Positions 58,864-64,000 of a DNA stretch of 64,000 bases are shown here, piece after piece (position 1 is the stretch's first letter; every line of letters starts with the position of its first letter). Source of the stretch: Nitrospinota bacterium (GTDB lineage: Bacteria; UBA8248); assembly GCA_036231405.1 (NCBI GenBank), contig JAZAHK010000046.1, positions 7,567 to 71,566 on the forward strand, in the 5' to 3' direction. The translations under genes were made by a program, and so were the position numbers. Under the pieces are notes generated by a model that saw nothing but the letters and a program-made list of their open reading frames with translations, was not told the DNA's origin and searched no databases.

Positions 58864-60354
58864 TTACACATTTCTTTTTGAAAAAGACCTAATCGCTCTA
58901 TATAGTATCCAAATAAGAGCGGATAACAAAAAAGCGGAAGCAATTGGCCGAGTTATAAAAATATACTCTAAAACACTGCCTCTTGCATAGAGCATTGTTT
59001 GACTCAATGTGTATTCGACGGGTTCGGCTAAAACAAATGCAATAATCAAAGGTGCTAGGTCGAAATCTAGTTTGCGAAGTATGTACGCAAAGAATCCAAC
59101 TATAATCATAATGACCAGATCGGAATTGTCCCCTGTTGAAAGTGTCCCTACAAAGGCAAGTGCCATAATTACAGGAATCAGGTAGGACTTTTTGATCTGA
59201 ATTGCGATTGCAAATGGTTTGAGAAGTACATAGCCCAAAAATGCGAATAGTACATTTGCAATAACCATACTCATCAATATTGCATATAGAAGCGGTCCCT
59301 GCTCTTGAAAAATTAAAGGACCAGGACGCATTCCGTGTGCCACAAATGCTCCTAGTAAAATGGCAGTTGCGGTGTCTCCTGGAATTCCTAGAGTTAGAAG
59401 TGGGACCATCGTAGGTCCGTTTACTGCATTATTTGCCGCTTCTGGAGCGGCAATTCCATCCAGTTCTCCTTCTCCAAAAGTTTCAGGATGGCTGGACGCG
59501 CGTTTGGCTGCCGAGTATCCTACGAAAGCGGCTACTACCTGCCCAACTCCAGGGACCATTCCTATACCCGTTCCAATCCCTGTGGAACGAAAAATAGTCT
59601 TTATAGAAAACTTAAACTCTTTCCATCTAAGTCTTTCGCCAGTTTTACTATAACCAATAAATTGGGAAACGAATCGGGGAGCTCTTGATTCTACAGCGAG
59701 TAGTATTTCTGGAAGGGCAAATATACCTATGACTAGAGGAATTAGTGGAATTCCTGCACTTAAGGACATTAATCCAAATGTCATTCTTGTAGATCCTGTT
59801 GCTGCATCTGTTCCTATGAAGCCAAGTCCAAGTCCTATTAGGGCCGCAATTGCACCTTTTAGTCCAGAATCTCCAGAAATACTTGCAATGAGGACCAAGG
59901 AAAAGAATATGATTGCAAAAATCTCTGGGGGTCCTATCATCAAAGTAATAATTGCAATAGGTCCGATTAAAAGGATAGTAAAAATATCAGACATTAAGTC
60001 ACCGCTGACAGAGGAAAATAATGCCATCTCTAATGCTTTTCTTCCCTGTCCTTTACGTGTCAGTGCAGGCCCGTCAAAGGTCGTTGCAATAGATGCAGCG
60101 GTTCCTGGAATGCCAACGAGGATAGCTGGAATACTGCCTCCGTAAATGCCGCCCTTAAAGACACCTACAAGGAAAGGAATGCCAAGTAAAGGCTCTAGCT
60201 TAAAAGACACTGGCAGAAGAACAGAAAGTGCCAGGATAGTGGTGAGTCCAGGCATAGCTCCGACAAACATGCCGACGCATAATCCGGCGGCTATGAAAAG
60301 GTAGATATCCCAACGTAGAAGAAGGTGCATTCCTTGTAAAAAAGTTTCTAACAT
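58864..60354 (-). CDS. tctA: Tripartite tricarboxylate transporter large permease
   Basis: 496 aa, polytopic, TctA family Gly-rich TM repeats. Confidence 0.85.
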   Translation of the reverse strand: MLETFLQGMHLLLRWDIYLFIAAGLCVGMFVGAMPGLTTILALSVLLPVSFKLEPLLGIPFLVGVFKGGIYGGSIPAILVGIPGTAASIATTFDGPALTRKGQGRKALEMALFSSVSGDLMSDIFTILLIGPIAIITLMIGPPEIFAIIFFSLVLIASISGDSGLKGAIAALIGLGLGFIGTDAATGSTRMTFGLMSLSAGIPLIPLVIGIFALPEILLAVESRAPRFVSQFIGYSKTGERLRWKEFKFSIKTIFRSTGIGTGIGMVPGVGQVVAAFVGYSAAKRASSHPETFGEGELDGIAAPEAANNAVNGPTMVPLLTLGIPGDTATAILLGAFVAHGMRPGPLIFQEQGPLLYAILMSMVIANVLFAFLGYVLLKPFAIAIQIKKSYLIPVIMALAFVGTLSTGDNSDLVIMIIVGFFAYILRKLDFDLAPLIIAFVLAEPVEYTLSQTMLYARGSVLEYIFITRPIASAFLLSALIWILYRAIRSFSKRNV

Positions 60355-60364
60355 TTCCTATTTC

Positions 60365-60940
60365 TCAACCTAGAAAAAGTAGATTAACAACAAATTTGAC
60401 TATTCTGTCTTCCCAAGCACCTATAATTTCAAAGTGAGAGCGTGGGAGATATATAAATAAAATACGTTCAAAAATAATACGTATCATTAGTGGGATAAAA
60501 AAGGAGAATGAAAGAAGTTGCCACCAGATTCGGTTTCCTAAACGGTAACTTACAGAAAAAATCATAATTACACTCGCAAGTCCATATCCAAGATAAGGAA
60601 GGAGGAAAGTATAGATAACGACAAGGATAAAAATGATAGAGACGTTCTGAGCTATTTCCTTAGAAAAAGTTTTTTCGGTTTTTTGTTCACTTTCGAACTT
60701 CAGAATTTGGAATAGATATAAGATTCCTAAAATGGATAAAACTGCAAATGACAATCTTGGGAAAAAAATTGGAGAGAGACGAATAAAATCCTGTGCCTGA
60801 ATCATTCCCCCTTTAGCTATCAAATTCGGCATAAATATTACAAGGCAAAATGCAGAAGTTATAATGAAAGCGCATATGATGATTTCTGCAACAAAAAAAG
60901 TATCATAAGTTTTTTTTTCAGATGAGAAATTGAACGACAT
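60365..60940 (-). CDS. tctB: Tripartite tricarboxylate transporter small permease
   Basis: 191 aa, 4-5 TM, positioned immediately upstream of tctA. Confidence 0.65.
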   Translation of the reverse strand: MSFNFSSEKKTYDTFFVAEIIICAFIITSAFCLVIFMPNLIAKGGMIQAQDFIRLSPIFFPRLSFAVLSILGILYLFQILKFESEQKTEKTFSKEIAQNVSIIFILVVIYTFLLPYLGYGLASVIMIFSVSYRLGNRIWWQLLSFSFFIPLMIRIIFERILFIYLPRSHFEIIGAWEDRIVKFVVNLLFLG

Positions 60941-61709
60941 CTAATTCCCTTTAAGTTTTTCTAATTTTTACTTCTATCTTAATGGAAAAAAATTGTTCTT
61001 TAACTAGGTATTGAATTTGAAACTATATAGAAGTTTGCATTTAATTACTAGATTGGAAATATTTTTTAAAAATGAACATCAAAAATTTTAGTATCGAATT
61101 GTTCATAAAATCAATAAAATTGACTAAAAAAAATAACCATGGTGAGAGTTGAAATTATGGATTAATGAATGCGTACGCCTCAACTCTACCTTTTCTGTTC
61201 AGAAGAGATCCCTTTAGTTTCCTTGACGCACATTATGCAACGATATGTATACATCAGCGGGACGCATTTGAGGTACACACCTTGAAAGCTAGTCGAAACT
61301 TGCGCCTAAAATACATCCTATCGAACGAAAGGGCATGCAACATCGGTTCTGAATTGAAAAATTTTAAGATTGGTCTCGTTTGGAAAAAAATTATCTAAGG
61401 TTTATTACTATCTTGCAAATTTTAACTGCGGAACAGAGGAAATTCTTGAAGTTCACACATACACATAGGGGAGGATCCCATGATGAAACTCGGCAATGAA
61501 ATTCTTACTTGAAAAAAACAAGGAAGGATTCCCCCGCCCCGCAGTCATATCGTAGTTTTCTCTCAACTATTGGGCGGTTAAATTTGAAACATCGGGCGAT
61601 TTGTATGAGGTTTTAAAAGACTAAACACCTGAAAGCAATGATACAACATATTTATCTTATGTCAAGAAATTTTGTTGTCAAAAAGTTCTTTGTTTTTGTT
61701 CGCTATTTC

Positions 61710-62840
61710 CTAGTTGTTCCCATTCCATTCAGTACTCACGGGTTCTGAAGCTTTTCTATTCCCAGAAATGAATTCCTGAATCATTTGCAAAGATTTTGTG
61801 TCGGTCATCTGAACAGGTGGGTGTTTCATAAAAAAGGCGCTCACCGCAAAAAGTGGTCCAGATTCTTTTCTGTCTCGTGCAATTTTGGCTAGCCTAATAG
61901 CATCAATAACTACTCCACCAGAATTTGGAGAGTCTTCAACGGAAAGCCTTGCTTCTAATTCTAAAGGAATTCCGCCAAATCCTTCTCCTTCAATTCTTAT
62001 GAAACAAATCTTGTTGTCTTTTTGCCAAGGGACGTAGTCACTGGGACCGATATGAATATTCTCATCTTCAAGCGGGATACTTAATTCGCCTTGAACAGCG
62101 GATGTTTTTGAAATTTTTTTAGATTTTAGGCGAGAACGTTCCAACATATTGAGGAAGTCAGTATTCCCACCAGTATTTAATTGATAAGTCCTTTTTACTT
62201 TAATGCCTCGATCTGAACAAAGCCTAGCAATTGTTCTATGAAGAATTGTTGCCCCTAGTTGAGCTTTGACATCGTCTCCAATAATAGGGATTCCTGCTCT
62301 GCTGAATCGCTTTGCAAATTCAGGATCTGACACAATAAAAACGGGCATACAGTTGATAAACGACACTCTAGATTCAAGTGCTGCCTCAGCATAAAATCTA
62401 GCTGCTTTTTCCGAACCTACAGGCATAAAATTTAACAAAATTTCTGCTCCGCTTTTTTTCAGGTCCTTTGCTACGTCGACAGATTCCAACTCCGCAGGAA
62501 CAAAAGTTCGATCGGGATGATAATCAGACATATGAGTAGCAACTCCATCTAATATGGGACCCATTTTTACATCAACTCCGTAGTCTGGGAGATCTTCCCA
62601 GATCGATTTTGTACAGTTAGGTTGTGCAAAAACCGCTTCGTGTAAGGGTCTGCCAACTTTTCTTACATCAATATCGTATGCGGAAACTATCTCAATATTT
62701 TCCGGACCATACTCGTTAATGTTCCTGTTCATCAGACCAATTTCTTCTTGAGGATTGTTTTTATACAACTCAATGCCCTGAATGAGTGAACTAGCACAAT
62801 TGCCGATTCCTGCTATTGCGACACGAATAGTTTCCATCAA
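61710..62840 (-). CDS. ino1: myo-Inositol-1-phosphate synthase (archaeal/thermophile-type short MIPS)
   Basis: 376 aa. N-terminal Rossmann VAIAGIGNCASSL and conserved LNTGGNTDF region. Length typical of archaeal-type IPS. Confidence 0.75.
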   Translation of the reverse strand: MMETIRVAIAGIGNCASSLIQGIELYKNNPQEEIGLMNRNINEYGPENIEIVSAYDIDVRKVGRPLHEAVFAQPNCTKSIWEDLPDYGVDVKMGPILDGVATHMSDYHPDRTFVPAELESVDVAKDLKKSGAEILLNFMPVGSEKAARFYAEAALESRVSFINCMPVFIVSDPEFAKRFSRAGIPIIGDDVKAQLGATILHRTIARLCSDRGIKVKRTYQLNTGGNTDFLNMLERSRLKSKKISKTSAVQGELSIPLEDENIHIGPSDYVPWQKDNKICFIRIEGEGFGGIPLELEARLSVEDSPNSGGVVIDAIRLAKIARDRKESGPLFAVSAFFMKHPPVQMTDTKSLQMIQEFISGNRKASEPVSTEWNGNN

Positions 62841-63177
62841 ATTTCAAAACCTCCAACTTGTTCGCTTTTTTTCTTCTGAAAGTGAATAATAAAGCTTGAA
62901 TAATTTTGACAGTATTCAATCGAAAGCAATCAGTTTCTCCCAAATACAGGCAGCAGCCAACGAAATGAAATACAAAACATGGCCAAGGTGAAATTAAATT
63001 AACGTTAACAGGTTGTCAACCTGATTATTGAAATTTAGTTCAATGGATAAAAAATCGGTATAATCTTAGAGATTATAAGATTTTTATTATTAAAAATTAT
63101 GTTAAGTTTGTCAGATTTGTTTATTAGATAAACTTAAATATTAATTTTGGGTTTTGAAAATCTTATGGAGGTCAACT

Positions 63178-63918
63178 ATGAGAATAGCGTTATATTCAGA
63201 TATACATGCTCAACTAGCACCTTTGGATGTTGTGCTAGGTGAAATAGATAAACTCAACGTGCATTGGGAGATTGTAATTGGTGACCACGTAATGGGGGGC
63301 CCTGAACCTTCCGAAGTTGTTGAACGTCTTCGTTCCAGGAAAAATTGTTTGCCTATCCTAGGTAATTTTGATCGTTGGGTGATCGATAAAGTCGACGAAC
63401 AAGACAATCCTTTTCCTCTAAGGAATGATGGTTCTAGAATGACTAGGGAACGCCTTTCCGAAGATCAAATTGATTGGCTTAGAGGATTGCCACAGGAATT
63501 GAAAATCTCTCCTGAACCAGGCCATGAAATGCATGTTTTTCATGGTTCTCCTGGTAACGATGAGGGAGCCTTGCCTCTAAGATTATCAGATGATGAGATT
63601 CTAGAGCGTCTTGCTGGTGCCTCGTCTGAACTATTAGCTTTTGGTCAGTGTCATGGTCCTTATGTCAGAGAGGTAGGGAAACAGACTCTTGTCTGTGCTG
63701 CTTCTGCTGCAGTGAATTGGGATGGGGACAATCGACTTGCCTATGTTATTCTTGAATACACTGGAAATGGAAATTGGGAGGTTGAAATAAACAGAGTAGA
63801 ATATGACTTTGAGACTCAAGCGAAATTAAATGAAGACAGTTGGGTTCCTGATGGGGCGAATCAAGCCAAGACAATTAGGACCGGAGAATTTTGGAATCCG
63901 GCACATATGCCTCATTAG
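63178..63918 (+). CDS. Metallophosphoesterase (calcineurin-like phosphoesterase)
   Basis: ATG 63178 lies 6 nt after GGAGG. Motifs I-III: DIHA, GDHV, and GNFD. Divergent from the MIPS gene. Confidence 0.75.
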   Translation: MRIALYSDIHAQLAPLDVVLGEIDKLNVHWEIVIGDHVMGGPEPSEVVERLRSRKNCLPILGNFDRWVIDKVDEQDNPFPLRNDGSRMTRERLSEDQIDWLRGLPQELKISPEPGHEMHVFHGSPGNDEGALPLRLSDDEILERLAGASSELLAFGQCHGPYVREVGKQTLVCAASAAVNWDGDNRLAYVILEYTGNGNWEVEINRVEYDFETQAKLNEDSWVPDGANQAKTIRTGEFWNPAHMPH

Positions 63919-64000
63919 TCCGATGCCTGTATTTCTTTCTGGAAAAAGACCTGGAAAATGGGAACTTCAGGTAAAAGAATTTATCCGAAAAAGGTATGGC

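Noticed and set aside
58815-58943. Extended start of tctC overlapping tctA
   Set aside because: ATG 58814 is preceded by GGGAGGA and begins a canonical signal peptide, whereas the extension is not signal-like.
61165-61398. 77-aa plus-strand ORF in the 770-nt intergenic region
   Set aside because: No ribosome-binding site and no recognisable domain; it sits in the GC-elevated segment better explained as a structured RNA or regulatory DNA.
1-64000. CRISPR arrays, IS elements, integrases and phage modules
   Set aside because: No direct-repeat/spacer periodicity, transposase, integrase or phage structural genes were seen. Gene density leaves no room apart from the intergenic regions examined.

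Overview
This is a chromosomal window from a low-GC, lipopolysaccharide-producing (diderm) bacterium; the taxon cannot be assigned from sequence alone. It is densely packed with housekeeping and cell-envelope genes. From the start there is a partial class A PBP N-terminus on the minus strand, a stand-alone HNH endonuclease, uvrB-uvrC, lnt, prfB (with the programmed +1 frameshift), lysS, lolE-lolD and a ClpC-type chaperone. A long envelope supercluster follows: bamA-skp-lpxD-fabZ-lpxA, a Gfo/Idh/MocA oxidoreductase, lpxI, lpxB, a DUF374 acyltransferase, waaA, lpxK and, convergent, lptG/lptF. After that come the ADP-heptose genes (heptosyltransferase, gmhB, split hldA/hldC, heptosyltransferase I), a Trm112-like protein, one GT2 and four GT4 glycosyltransferases with msbA embedded, and an O-antigen-ligase-like protein. 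The second half carries a PBP5-like D-Ala-D-Ala carboxypeptidase, dapA, aquaporin, a 2-hydroxyacid dehydrogenase, a CCG-domain Fe-S oxidoreductase, another glycosyltransferase and a cupin. The clearest non-coding element is a cobalamin riboswitch on the minus strand. It heads a minus-strand operon of a BtuB-like TonB-dependent receptor, an ECF-type importer (S, fused A-A', T) and a lysine-rich TonB. Downstream are a VOC/glyoxalase, an M29 aminopeptidase, tRNA-Val(UAC), an MBL-fold hydrolase, a TctBAC tripartite transporter, a 770-nt ORF-poor region, archaeal-type myo-inositol-1-phosphate synthase and a metallophosphoesterase. No CRISPR arrays, IS elements or phage genes were seen. The main things to follow up are the B12-riboswitch/TBDT/ECF/TonB module, at least two genes whose conserved N-termini begin at AUU codons, a GnnA-like oxidoreductase plus LpxI inside the lpx cluster, and a GC-elevated candidate ncRNA region.
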